Source of the DNA: Eledone cirrhosa
Lineage: Eukaryota
Direction: 5' to 3'
Assembly (NCBI GenBank): GCA_964016885.1
Contig: OZ024743.1
Span: 306,900,001 to 306,964,000 of the forward strand
DNA: 64,000 nt
Under the pieces are notes generated by a model. It worked only from the letters and a program-made list of their open reading frames with translations. It had not been told where the DNA came from and made no database searches. Below are positions 1 through 12,382 of the stretch, in pieces (within the stretch, counting starts at the first letter, position 1; every line of letters begins with the position of its first letter). The position numbers were made by a program, and so were the translations under genes.

Positions 1-105
1 AGCTTGCCGATTCTGGTGGAGTCCTCATCGAACCAGTCTTGGTACTTTTTCGACTTGACTCCGATGTTTTCAAGGGCGCAGGTACTTGTATCTCTTGCAC
101 ACGCG
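1..105 (-). mobile_element. RTE-like LINE fragment
   Basis: Minus strand translates LENIGVKSKKYQDWFDEDSTRIGK; QDWFDE is typical of the RTE EN-RT linker. Short and truncated by the window edge. Confidence 0.45.
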
Positions 106-788
106 TCTGTGTTTTTGTGACACTCAGTGTCGTGGCTGTGGATCCGTCGGTGTTGAATGTTTCCTAACATTTACTCCACACACACCCCCCACACCCCCCA
201 CCACTTCCCGGCTATGTTCACCTCCATGCACGTAGTGACTTCATATTTTATAGATTAGCCGTTTGCGATTGCACCACCATATCGTACCCGAAGCTAATCA
301 GCTTCTCTTATGACCATAAGACGATATGAAATATAAAGGCAACGATCATATTCGCTACCACCTCCTTTTCTACACAGACCCTCATGACTGCTACTATGTA
401 TGTATGGATGTATGAATGCGTAGAAAACCATACACATCCCTCTACGGTGTTCAGTTCATGCTCGCACGCTCACCCACGAACCCACACCCACAGCAACCAA
501 CCTGTTATATATCAACAGCAATCCTTCCAATATCCGAACACCACACCTACACGCGCGCGTGCACACACACACACACACACACGCAAGCACGCATACACAC
601 GTCAACCCCAATTAGATTATGATTACCTCCCTTCCTTAACCTCTCCAACGCGTAAGATACAACTTGACCAGCAGACCTCTAAAATGACTGACTGAATACT
701 CACCTCTGTTTTTTTTCCGCACTTTTTTCCGTCCCTTTCTCTTCTCACTCTCTCTCTTTCTATATTTCATCTTCTATTTCTAATTCTA

Positions 789-824
789 TCTTCTGATGAA
801 GGACGAGTGGCCGATACGTTAAGA
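789..824 (+). ncRNA. Degenerate minimal hammerhead ribozyme in a PLE pLTR remnant
   Basis: tctt-CTGATGA-aggacgagtggcc-GATA-cgtt-aaga; same family as 39947-39982, with GAAA changed to GATA. Confidence 0.5.
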
Positions 825-1038
825 CTCTTTTCCTGTTATTCAAGCGTCAAAAACTAATAAATGTATGTATATATATCTGAAAGTCTAAAGTCTGTTTAGC
901 GACTTAGTACAACCCCCCCCCCCCTACATATTGCTGTTACTTAATTTCAGCTGACTATACTGGAGCAACGTGAAATGAAGTGTTTTGTTCAAGGACACAA
1001 CACGCAAGCCAGCCAAGGAATCATCGAACCCACGACAT

Positions 1039-1070
<32 letters not shown>

Positions 1071-1096
1071 CGTGCGTGTGTCTATGTATGTGTGTG

Positions 1097-1288
<192 letters not shown>

Positions 1289-1390
1289 GACACATTCATA
1301 CCGACTTTGTGCAAGTTTCGAAACCGTATGTATATATTCGAACCGTGTATATATATATATATATATATATACATATATACATATATATAT

Positions 1391-1495
<105 letters not shown>

Positions 1496-1536
1496 TGTAT
1501 GTATATATATATATATCATCCTTATATATAAGTGAG

Positions 1537-1643
<107 letters not shown>

Positions 1644-1727
1644 CCCACCACCACCACTCTCAAGAGCGTGTGAACCTAATAAACTTCTATTTGTACTGCC
1701 TCTCTGTTTTTGTTCCCGTCCAAGTGT

Positions 1728-1790
<63 letters not shown>

Positions 1791-1797
1791 CTACGCA

Positions 1798-1952
1798 TTC
1801 ATTATTTCTGAAGACGGCATATATATGTGTTGGGTATGTATATTTAATTTTGATAGTTTGTATAATTTTGTATAATTTTGTACATAGATCTGTTGAATAT
1901 GCATGCCAATTCTAACACATATATATCCTAGAAACGATCGTTAAATAATGAA
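1798..1952 (+). ncRNA. Type I hammerhead ribozyme with a very long stem II
   Basis: Stem I ttcattattt/aaataatgaa, core CTGAAGA, stem II atatatatgtgttgg/ctaacacatatatat, GAAA, palindromic stem III ACGATCGT, GUU site. Confidence 0.8.
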
Positions 1953-2033
1953 CTTTTTTTGTTTAATATAAGGAACTGTTTCATTGTTTTATTCATTATT
2001 TTTTTAATATTTTATATATATATATATATATAT

Positions 2034-2266
2034 AACGAAGGAAATGTGGTAAGGAACCAGGTGGACCATAACGCATCAAAGTACTCAATACTTAGGGTAG
2101 TAGAGTGGGTAATAGGAACAAGTAAGACCCCGACGGCTGAGCTCGAGCCGTTTCGACGGCTAATTCTGTACTAATTCTGTACTAATTCTGTACTAATTCT
2201 GTACTAATTCAGTACAGAATTAGCCGTCGAAACGGCTTGAGCTCAGCCGTCGGGGTCTTACTTGTT

Positions 2267-2268
<2 letters not shown>
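2034..2268. mobile_element. Short fold-back PLE-type insertion in (TA)n, copy 1 of 5, carrying the 3' half of an HHR
   Basis: Starts AACGAAGGAAATGTGGTAAGG; inverted arms contain GAAACGGC..GCCGTC-GGGG; flanked by (TA)n. Confidence 0.75.
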
Positions 2269-2349
<81 letters not shown>

Positions 2350-2619
2350 ATGTATATACGTATGTATGTGTGTATGCATGTGTGTGTATATACTGTACAT
2401 ACATACCTATATATTTATAGCACCGACTCTGTGCGGTCTTGTTATATATACCTGCACGTTCTGTTGTATATTTTCTATACATCATCCTTACATATATGTG
2501 AGTATGTATATATATATGTGAGTATGTATATATATATATGCACGCAGACATGCGCACACATATATATATATGTGTGTGAGTGTGTGTGTGCATGTATGTA
2601 TGTATGTATGCATATATAT

Positions 2620-2726
<107 letters not shown>

Positions 2727-3081
2727 ATGGGGGACCAAGAAACCTGTTGTCGTCTAACAATCTATGAAGGTTCAATGGTCAAACTGTCTAAAAGTCTCTA
2801 AAATGACTACTTAGTTCGATTAACTTGAGAAGTCATCAGGTTTCGCACCCGTGAGAGTGAGAGGTCAATCCCAGACGTCGTCAACCAATCGCTTCTCTAG
2901 AAAATATAGAGAAAATGTATATTTCTTGTTTATTTTACCTGCAGTTTCACTTTCACTTTTCGTTTTTCAGCTTCTGTTATCAACTTTCCTTAATATCTTT
3001 TGCCATTTTTCTTTATATCTACATACGTGTGTATGCCAGAGTTTATACGTATATGTACACACATGTGTATACATAAATAAC

Positions 3082-3142
<61 letters not shown>

Positions 3143-3243
3143 GTTTTCCTCCATTTACTTTTTTCCTCATTTATCTCTTTTCTTCATCACTCCTTCTCCT
3201 TCTCCTCTATATCCTCCTTCTCTCATTCCATAACCCACCACAG

Positions 3244-3288
<45 letters not shown>

Positions 3289-3405
3289 TTACTACTACTA
3301 CTATCTCTTTTGCATCTTCCTATTATTTCCTTCGTTCTTATTGTTCTTCTTCATCTTTTGTTTACCTCCTCCTCCACCTCTCATTTTTCCGTTCATCACT
3401 TAGAG

Positions 3406-3672
3406 TAGGCATGGGCAACCTTTTTCGAGAAACGGGCCGCATGAGATATGGCTCATCACCAGTCGGGCCGCAAGCGCTTATTTACATTCGTGCCCACATT
3501 AAAAAAAAGGGTAGTAACTCAGGTTGTTTTGATTTGTCGCTTCAGAATTCGTAAAAATGATAGAAAGATAAGTTACGACTAAAGTTGGGGTAAAAAAATC
3601 AGAAAGATTTCACTTAGGTGACTTAGGCAAGCCATTCGGAAAGTTTCGCGGCCCGCAGGTTGCCCATGACTG
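3406..3672. mobile_element. hAT (Charlie-like) non-autonomous DNA transposon (MITE)
   Basis: TIRs taggcatgggcaacc / ggttgcccatgactg; 8-bp TSD ACTTAGAG at 3398-3405 and 3673-3680. Confidence 0.85.
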
Positions 3673-3707
3673 ACTTAGAGTCTTGTTTATTTTTGTACTT
3701 ATCGTTG

Positions 3708-3737
<30 letters not shown>

Positions 3738-3738
<1 letters not shown>

Positions 3739-4437
3739 CTAGCGGCCTCCCGGCCTTCGCCCCGGTCTGTACTGTGCTCAAATTTATTCATAAGGCAGCT
3801 ATTGTCATCTGGTGCAATGTCCATTTTTTCCTAAAAAGTATTTTTCCTAAAGGTATTTAAAGATTACATAATATAATTTAAAAATTATTTAGAATATATT
3901 TAGAATATATATTCTACAGAAAATAATAAAGAAAAGAATAGATGTATTCTACGAAAATTATAAAGCATTTATAGAACTTCAGTATATACAATGATTTTAG
4001 CGTTGATAGATTTATAGGTCTGACTACATCCAGGGATCATTTGTGAGAGATTTTGTTGATGGCATTCACTGTGATATTTTGGGGTGCAAGGATTGCTCTT
4101 TCACACAGTCACTCCTCATTGGAATAGTGGATTTGGAAGTTAGGGAACACTTAATACTGAAGTTCTGTAAATGTTTTATAATTTTTGTAGAATACATATA
4201 TTTCTAATATTTTTCTTCTTTATTATATATCACCTTCTTTTCTGAAAATGGAATGGTGGGAGCCGGCTGGGAGAAAACCTCGGATTTTCCCAGCCTCCGA
4301 GATTTCTTTAGTACAAATAACAGATGCGGGAAGGGGACACTCGAAGTTACAGATAAGCACCTCTCAGCCGTTTAAATTCAAAGAAAAGCAATCCCTTGAT
4401 CCTGAAGGATGGTTTGATCCTTCGACATATTATAATG
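3738..4437 (+). mobile_element. Possible non-autonomous Helitron2/Helentron-like element
   Basis: Begins ACTAG followed by the GC hairpin ccggccttcgccccgg, next to (TA)n; the right end is uncertain. Confidence 0.35.
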
Positions 4438-4572
4438 GGAGCTAAAGCGTTGTAAGCTTAATTAATTAAACTCTATAAATATCCAGCTGACAACGCCGGT
4501 CCTCACACACGCATACCATCACACGCATGCGCACACATGTATAAATACCACAATTAAAAAGAAAGGTACAAG

Positions 4573-4668
<96 letters not shown>

Positions 4669-4829
4669 CACATACGAATAAACATGGACACATAGACACA
4701 TACGCTCAATAAAATATGTATATATACTCACACGAGTGACCTGCCTATGAACCTAAACACTTTCATACGTCCACATACACGAAAAGAAATAGGAGTGAAG
4801 TTTATATATACCCATCATCTCACGAATCA

Positions 4830-5192
4830 CCAGAAACACTGTATTTTTGTTGGATCACCAGTCTGAAGAATTAAAAGCAGATTAGTGAACAAGCACACCA
4901 ACAACCTGATTTGAGTATCCCAGTTGAAACTCTTAAAGGGCAGGCCAAAAATCTAACTAACTGGAAATCACCAGGCCCAGATGGTGTGTATTGGATTAAA
5001 AATATAACATCCCTCCATCCAAAACTAACAACCATGTTCAATGACTGCTTGATGTCGGGTGTAGTACCAGAGTGGTTGACAAAAGGTACCACAGTTCTGG
5101 TAATGAAAGACCGAATCAAGGGTAACCGTACGTTGGAAACCGTCCAAAATACCACGAACTGGATTACAATAAGCAATTTTCTGCTTTCCTAA
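4830..5192 (+). mobile_element. R4/Dong-like RLE LINE RT fragment
   Basis: ORF 4911-5192 has NWKSPGPDGV..W.K and VPEWLTKGTTVLVMK, the start of a non-LTR RT. Confidence 0.7.
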
Positions 5193-5226
<34 letters not shown>

Positions 5227-5326
5227 CGTTTCTGAATTTGTTTAGCAAGATTCTTTATCTGAAATCGTGTGGTGAAAGCAACTGGTGCGTGTGTTTCTTA
5301 TTGGCAACATGACCCTCCCAAAGTAT

Positions 5327-5408
<82 letters not shown>

Positions 5409-5410
<2 letters not shown>

Positions 5411-5585
5411 CAAAGGAATTGTGGTAAGGAACCAAATGGACCCCATAAGGCACCAGAGTACTCAATACTTAGGGTAGTAGAGTGGGAAATAGGAAAAAGT
5501 ATGACACCGACGGCAGAGCTCAAGCCGTTTCGACAGCTACTTCTGAAACGGTTTGAGCTCTGCCGTCGGGATCATACTTTTTCCC
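5409..5585. mobile_element. Short fold-back PLE-type insertion, copy 2
   Basis: Same sequence family as 2034-2268; in (TA)n. Confidence 0.75.
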
Positions 5586-5925
5586 TATATATATATATAT
5601 ATAAATATATATACTATAAAGTATGTCCATAGAATCATTTGATAATATATATACACCATTTCCTCTCCCAATTAGCATAATTAACCACACAAAAAATCAG
5701 TTAGACCAGGCTATAAGATTAAAAGGCACCTATGAAGAAATAGTAGATAAATAAACGACAGCAATCTCTTCGCGACCAACAGCCATGGAATATTTACCCA
5801 ACATTTCAACAATAGTATATTGCTCTGATTATTTAATTTATTAATTCATCATTGAGCCACATCGTGAATGGTTGCCAAAACATATATATCTGTGACTTTG
5901 TCTAGTTTGTGTATATGTAAATCTT

Positions 5926-5957
<32 letters not shown>

Positions 5958-5989
5958 AGAACAAAAGATGGTTAAAAGAGTTCCATGTA

Positions 5990-6056
5990 TTTTATTATGC
6001 GCATTTCAAAAACAAATATCACCATGCAATAATATTTGTGTTTTCATCAGATAAAA
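5990..6056 (-). ncRNA. Minimal type I hammerhead ribozyme (PLE pLTR)
   Basis: ttttat-CTGATGA-aaacacaaatatt..atatttgttttt-GAAA-TGCGCAT-A-ataaaa. Confidence 0.8.
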
Positions 6057-7040
6057 CAGGAGGACATGATATGAAGGTTAAAAAACACTTGTGGATAGTT
6101 CAGTTTTAAATCAACATATGAGAAGTAGTTTTAGATTGATGTGTGATATTGGGAAAAATATTTTATTTAGAGGGGGGGGTGGAAAGGATGAAAAAAAAGA
6201 AGGAGATGAGAGTGAAGGTGGAGAGGGAGGAGTATAATGAGGAAGGATGAGATAGGAGGAGAGATGGGTGATAGAGAGAGAGAGATAGCTTTTATAACTG
6301 AGAAAGATATATTGTTTTACATAGAGAGGTTGAAAACCGTTGGAAGATAATGTATAAATTAAAAGAATTTGAAAATTAACGAAGAGAAAAATAATGTAAG
6401 GTTAAGGTTTGTATATTGAGGGGTTTGATAATATGTGCGAAGAAAAAGAAAGAGTTAATATGTATTGAGAATAATGAGTTAGATGATAGGGAGAAAAGAA
6501 TAATGAATTGAGGATGAATAATCTGACGTCAAAAAAAATGTATATGTTTACGAAAGATTTTTACAAGGTGATATAGAGTAAGAATGTGTTGTATTATGTA
6601 ATAATTGATTCTATGTTAGGCAAGAGTGAGAAAAGGTACAGATTAGGGGTTAGATATTAGAAGAGAAGAAAAGGAAGTGATAAATATGGGTGATGTAGAA
6701 AGAGTAAACAAGTATTATAGAATTTGAAAATTAACGAAGAGAAAAATAATGTAAAGTTAAGGTTTGTATATTGAAGGATTTGATAATATGTGCGAAGAAA
6801 AAGAAAATGTTAATATGTATTGAGAATAATGAGTTAGATGATAGGGAGAAAAGAATAATGAATTGAGGATGAATAATCTAGCGTCAAAAAAAATGTATAT
6901 GTTTACGAAGGATTTTTACAAGGTGATATAGAGTAAGAGTAATGAGTAAACAATTATTATAGAATGTATAATAACCTTTGAAATAAGGTAGAAAGATGTG
7001 CCTTTGAGAAAAAGATTCTAAATTGATAAAGAATTGAATA

Positions 7041-7690
7041 TTAGCTGTATACTTTGTGAAATGTTTTATGGAATTTATGCAAGCAGATAGAAAACAAGTC
7101 AGTGCGTCTATTTATTATAGAATCTAGATTAGAGATAATGGTAAATTTTTCATTTAGACAGAGATTGCAGATTTTAGATAGAGAACTGTTCAAGTATGTA
7201 TTTAAAAGACGAATGATGGTTATAAAGACGAGCTTTAAAAGAGGTGGAAGTGGAGCCAAAATAGGTGAAGGAATTGGTGTCAGTTATAACTTTACATTCG
7301 TAAATTAAGTTTTTATCAAGACAGTGGTTGTTGAGAGGACATTTATTTTTAATAGGGCAATTGCAATTGCAATTAGAGAGATTATTAATGAGTGACCTAG
7401 TGTTATCTATAGAAGGAATTGGATTGGAGAAGTTGTTTGCGATAGGAATAATAGTTTCTTGATTTAGAATGGGATTATGAACATTTAGCGAAGTTGTGTT
7501 TGACGTTGTATTTGGGTTTGTAGAAATTAGCCTAGGGTTTACAATGACGTCGGGAGTACTATTATTATGAAATTCAGTGTTGGAAGGAAGAGATTTAGTA
7601 TTTAGTATTTTATTGTTGTGTTTAGAGATAATGTTGGAAATGTTGGAGGATGTAGAATAAGAAAATTTTATGGTGTGTTTGTTAAATCTC
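7041..7690 (-). pseudogene. PLE GIY-YIG endonuclease C-terminus with an internal deletion/frameshift
   Basis: ORFs 7174-7713 and 7041-7259: CNC..CPLNNHCL, YFGSTSTSFKARLYNH, CNLCLNEK. Confidence 0.8.
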
Positions 7691-8352
7691 TTCCTTCCAA
7701 TATCGAACTTCATAATAACAGTAATAGTACTCCTGACGTCATTGTAAACCCTAGGCTAACTTCTGTAAACCCAAATACAACGTCAAACACAACTTCGCTA
7801 AATGTTCATAATCCAACTCTAAATCAAGAAACTATTATTCCTATTATTCCTATCGCAAACAACTTCTCCAATCCAATTCCTTCTATAGATAACACTAGAT
7901 CACTCATTAATAATCTCTCTAATTGCAACTGCCGCATCAAAAATAAATGTCCTCTCAACAACCATTGCCTCGATAAAAACTTAATTGATGAATGTAAAAT
8001 TATAACTAGCACCAATTCCTTCACCTATTTTGGCTCCACTTCCACCTCTTTTAAAGCTCGTCTCTATAATCATCATTCATCTTTCAAATACAAACTTAAA
8101 AGAACTAACACTGCTCTCTCAGAACTCATATGGTCCTTAAAAGACAAAAACATTAATTATAACATCTTTTGGAAAAAGATTTCTTCTGCATCCTCATACT
8201 TGAACAGCTCTCTATCTAAAATCTGTAATCTCTGCCTAAATGAAAAATTTACCATTATCTCTAACCTAGATTCTATAATAAACAGACGCTCAGATTTGTT
8301 TTCTATCTGCCTGCATAAATTCCATAGAACTTTTCACAAAGTATACAGTTAA
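7690..8352 (+). CDS. PLE (Naiad-type) GIY-YIG endonuclease domain, 5'-truncated
   Basis: CNCRIKNKCPLNNHCL, FTYFGSTSTSFKARLYNHHSSF, TALSELIWSLKD, CNLCLNEK, CLH. The first ~24 aa of track ORF 7618 come from the inverted arm. Confidence 0.85.
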   Translation, partial: LPSNIELHNNSNSTPDVIVNPRLTSVNPNTTSNTTSLNVHNPTLNQETIIPIIPIANNFSNPIPSIDNTRSLINNLSNCNCRIKNKCPLNNHCLDKNLIDECKIITSTNSFTYFGSTSTSFKARLYNHHSSFKYKLKRTNTALSELIWSLKDKNINYNIFWKKISSASSYLNSSLSKICNLCLNEKFTIISNLDSIINRRSDLFSICLHKFHRTFHKVYS

Positions 8353-9343
8353 TATTCAATTCTTTATCAATTTAGAATCTTTTCTCAAAGGCACATATAT
8401 ATACACCTCTTTAAAATATACCCATCTACCTTACCTTACTTTAAAGGGCATTATACACTCTATAATACTCGTTTACTCATTACCCTCATTCTATCTTCTC
8501 GTAAAATAATAACATTTGTTTTTGACTTTTTGAATATTCATCCGCAATCATTATTATTTTTTCTCTCTATCATAAATCTTTTTAATCTCAATTTCATCCT
8601 TAATTTATTATTATTATTATTATTTTTTTTTTCTCCCCATCAACGAACTCATTATTAATACATATCAATTCAATATACAAACTTTAACTTCACATTATTT
8701 TTCTCAAATCCTTCTACACACAAACCATAACAACTTTTCTCTTCGCTAATTTTGAAATTGCCACAATACATACATTTCTTCTTTTGACGTTAGAATATTC
8801 ACCCACAATTATTATTTTTTTCTCTCTATCTTCATACATAATTTCCCTTCGTTAATTTTCAAATTCCTTTAATTTAATTTATACATTATCTTCCAACGGT
8901 TCCCAACCTCTCTATATTAAAACAATATATCTTTTTCTCAGTTATAAAAACTATCTCTTTCTCTCTATCACCCATCTCTCCCTCTCCACCTTCACTCTCA
9001 TCTCCTCCCCCCTTTTTTTCATCCTTTCCATCCCCCCCTCCCCCTAAATAAAATATTTTTCCTCGCACATATCCTCCCTTCGTTAATTTTCAAAATTTTT
9101 AATTTATACAGTATCTTCCAACGATTTTCAACCCCTCTATGTAAAAAATATATCTCCTCTCAGTTATAAAAACTATCTCTTTCTCTCTATCACCCATCTC
9201 TCCCTCTCATCTCCTTCCCCCCCCCCTCTCTAAATAAAATATTTTTCCCAATATCACACATCAATCTAAAACCACTTTTCATATGTTGATTTAAAACTGC
9301 ACTATCAACAAGTGTTTTTTAGCCTTCATATCATGTTCTCCTG

Positions 9344-9410
9344 TTTTATCTGATGAAAACACAAATATTATTGCTTGATGATGTTTGTTTTTGAAATGCG
9401 CATAATAAAA
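9344..9410 (+). ncRNA. Minimal type I hammerhead ribozyme (PLE pLTR)
   Basis: ttttat-CTGATGA-stem II-GAAA-TGCGCAT-A-ataaaa; palindromic stem III, AUA site. Confidence 0.8.
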
Positions 9411-9536
9411 TATATGGAACTCCTTTAACCATCTTTTGATCTTATATTATGCATACTCCAGTCGCACAAACTGTAGAGTGCTTCTTATCCGATATCTGCA
9501 TTGCTTTATTGTACTACAATAAAACTCACCTCCTAC

Positions 9537-9588
<52 letters not shown>

Positions 9589-9978
9589 GAAGTATATGGA
9601 GAATAGAAATGGCTGTGTAGTTGCTATTTAAGGTAACTTAAAATGCAGTGGGAATACGAAGAAAGCAAGAACAGGGGGGGGGGGGGTCCTCATCAGTTGT
9701 CTACTGGGGGTCTAGGATATTTCTACGCTTTATAGACAAGATACCACTTCACCCCAGGGCGTCAATAACTGGATAAGTTATTGGGAAAACGAAGGAAGGA
9801 GGGAAGGAAAGCAAAGGCGAAGAAAAGAGACACAGTAACAAAACAGGGAAAAAAAACAGAAACCGAGCAAACAATTGTTCTCGGTATGGTGAACTAACTG
9901 TTGTGTTACCACTTCTACCTAACTCGTCCCATGGACTGAGTGCTCTACCACTAAGGATATTAACTTCCAGTGTTCTAC

Positions 9979-10041
<63 letters not shown>

Positions 10042-10043
<2 letters not shown>

Positions 10044-10250
10044 TTCAAAATATTAACAAAATAGATATTCTTGTGGTCAATTATATTTTATTATACATAT
10101 TTCAATATAATTGATCACAAGAATATCTATTTTGTTAATATTTTGAATTAATATTAATAACGCTGGAAAACCTTTTTTACTGTTGAGTGCTTCGATCTAT
10201 TGTAAAACTCATTCTTTGATGTATTCATTGAACCTTGTTTAACTTTTAAA
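10042..10250. mobile_element. Short fold-back PLE pLTR insertion (family shared with 32430-32642)
   Basis: Inverted arms taattcaaaatattaacaaaatagatattcttgtg / cacaagaatatctattttgttaatattttgaatta plus a ~100-nt tail; (TA)n flanks. Confidence 0.7.
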
Positions 10251-10316
10251 TATATATATATATATATATATATACACGCAGGCATACTCACACCCCACAC
10301 CTGTTTCTCTTTCTCA

Positions 10317-10347
<31 letters not shown>

Positions 10348-10355
10348 CATACATT

Positions 10356-10433
<78 letters not shown>

Positions 10434-10454
10434 TATATAAATATATATATATAT

Positions 10455-10634
10455 AACGAAGGAATTGTGGTAAGGAACCAGATGGACCATAACGCACCAG
10501 AGTACTCAATACTTAGGGTAGTAGAGTGGGAAATAGGAAAAGGTATGACCCCGACGGCAGAGCTCAAGCCCTTTCGACGGCTATTTCAGCCGTCGAAAGG
10601 GCTTGAGCTCTGCCGTCGGGGTCATACTTTTTCC
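10455..10634. mobile_element. Short fold-back PLE-type insertion, copy 3
   Basis: Same family as 2034-2268. Confidence 0.75.
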
Positions 10635-10647
10635 TATATATATATAT

Positions 10648-10830
10648 AATATAGAAATGCCTTTTTAAGGACTAGAACCGTTTCATTCGGGAGAAATCAT
10701 CAGGAAGCCCTGGAATGAAACAGTTATACTCCTGTAGAAGCCATTTCTATATTAAATATTTTACTCTGCTATGTATTGAGTACCTTACTTACTGTGGTTA
10801 CTCCCGATTGAACCCGGGATATAAATATAT
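10648..10830. mobile_element. Fold-back pLTR insertion with an HHR (minus 10661-10707; 3' half on plus 10713-10740)
   Basis: Minus strand cttc-CTGATGA-tttctcccgaat-GAAA; plus arm gaat-GAAA-cag..ctg-TA-gaag completes the fold. Confidence 0.6.
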
Positions 10831-10996
10831 AACGAGAGAGAGAGCGAAAGTAAGATGTGCATATATGAATACAATCATTCATACAAACATCATCCAACTA
10901 TACATACATACGTATATACATACATACATACATACACACATACACGCATACACACATACATACACACATACACACATACATACATATTCACAATAT

Positions 10997-11881
10997 GTGA
11001 ATACCTGATTCACAAAAGAGATAGGGATGCAGGCACAACACCTATATGTGATAACAAGTGCAGACTCTGCAGAATTAACATCGAGGATATCACCCATGTT
11101 ATCAGCAGCTGCCCAAAGATGTCATCGCGGTACTATCTACCTATGAGGCATGATGTAGTGGCCAAAACACTGTACAATGCAGTTCGTAAAAAAGATAGCC
11201 CCGATAATAAACACATTAAAAGCTACAGCAATGTGGAAGACATCCATGTACATAATATGAAAGAGTACTGGTGGAATGTTCCAGTAAAAACCCCAATAAA
11301 ATGCAGGCATAACAGACCAGATATTATGATATGGGACAGGGAGAAGAAAACATGCACAGTAGTGGAAATTAGCTGCCCAGCAGATGCCAATATAATATCA
11401 AAGATTAGCGAAAAGGAGAATATTTATGCAGAACTGATGAGAAATCTGCAAATACTCCACCCTGATTACACCTTCAGATTTATGCCTGTGATTATTGGAG
11501 CACTGGGGTATGTTAGTAACTGCCTTAATACAAATCTTGAGAAGCTAGGCTTCACAGGAACAGAGAGAACACAATTAGTTAGGAAATTACAAATATAATC
11601 CATTAATGGAACAGTAAAAATATGTAAAAAATTCCAAATATTTTGCATCTAATAACTGCATATACACATGTACAGATATAAAGCATATACACATGCACAC
11701 ATACAACTCAAAACATACACATCCACACATACAATAACATCCATATCTACACATGCATGCAGACATACATAATCTACCTAGTTGATGTTGTGTAAACTCC
11801 AATGAGAGAATCTTGTGTCTATGTTAGAAACCGACCCTCTCTCTATTGGGAAAAAATTTGTGAAATTATAAAACCAGAAGA
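10997..11881 (+). mobile_element. 5'-truncated R4/Dong-type LINE, family A (zinc knuckle, RLE, 3'UTR)
   Basis: CRLC..H....C, HNRPDIMIWD, VVEISCP; near-identical to 44880-45771; (TACA)-like flanks. Confidence 0.85.
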
Positions 11882-11947
11882 ATATACATATACATGCATA
11901 CATACACACATACACGCATACATACACACATACATACATGCATACAT

Positions 11948-12147
11948 GATGATGACTGCCCCCTCGTTATCGAGTATGGCCATTGCACGATATACCACTG
12001 TTAATATTTATTAATTAATTCTATCGTGCAATGCCTGTGCGTGAAGATTCTTTTTAAGTGAGGAAAGACTGTGCTCTGAGCCAATCCCACTCTCTGAGCG
12101 ACAGTAGCTATAACCCGAAAAGAAGAAAAGATCAACATCATCGGTAA
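11948..12147 (-). mobile_element. RTE-related SINE-like element, 3' part
   Basis: Matches 21788-21990 and 47256-47457; (TGTA)n tail. Confidence 0.6.
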
Positions 12148-12382
12148 CTACATACATACATACATACATACGTACATACATACATACATACATACATACA
12201 TACATACATACATACATACATACATACATACATACATACATCTCATACGGCTGTTTACAGAAACCATTAAAGGCACACAAGAACAGCCCAGATGGTTATC
12301 AACTGCCACTACTCTCCTCATTCCCCAAAATAGCCAAACCACCCTTGCTAAAAATTACTTCCCAATAGCCTGCCAAAACATC

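Larger units (their letters stand above)
5957..9540. mobile_element. Penelope-like (Naiad-type) element as an inverted pair of 5'-truncated copies
   Basis: Left arm (5957-~7690, minus) mirrors right arm (~7690-9445, plus), which has an extra ~95-nt tail. Both arms carry a GIY-YIG domain, a 3'UTR and an HHR; (TA)n flanks. Confidence 0.85.

Noticed and set aside
2815-2892. Possible minus-strand HHR (TTGACGA..GAAAC..GTT)
   Set aside because: Stems I and II pair poorly. Similarly weak motifs at ~15795-15845 and ~28885-28930 were also not called.
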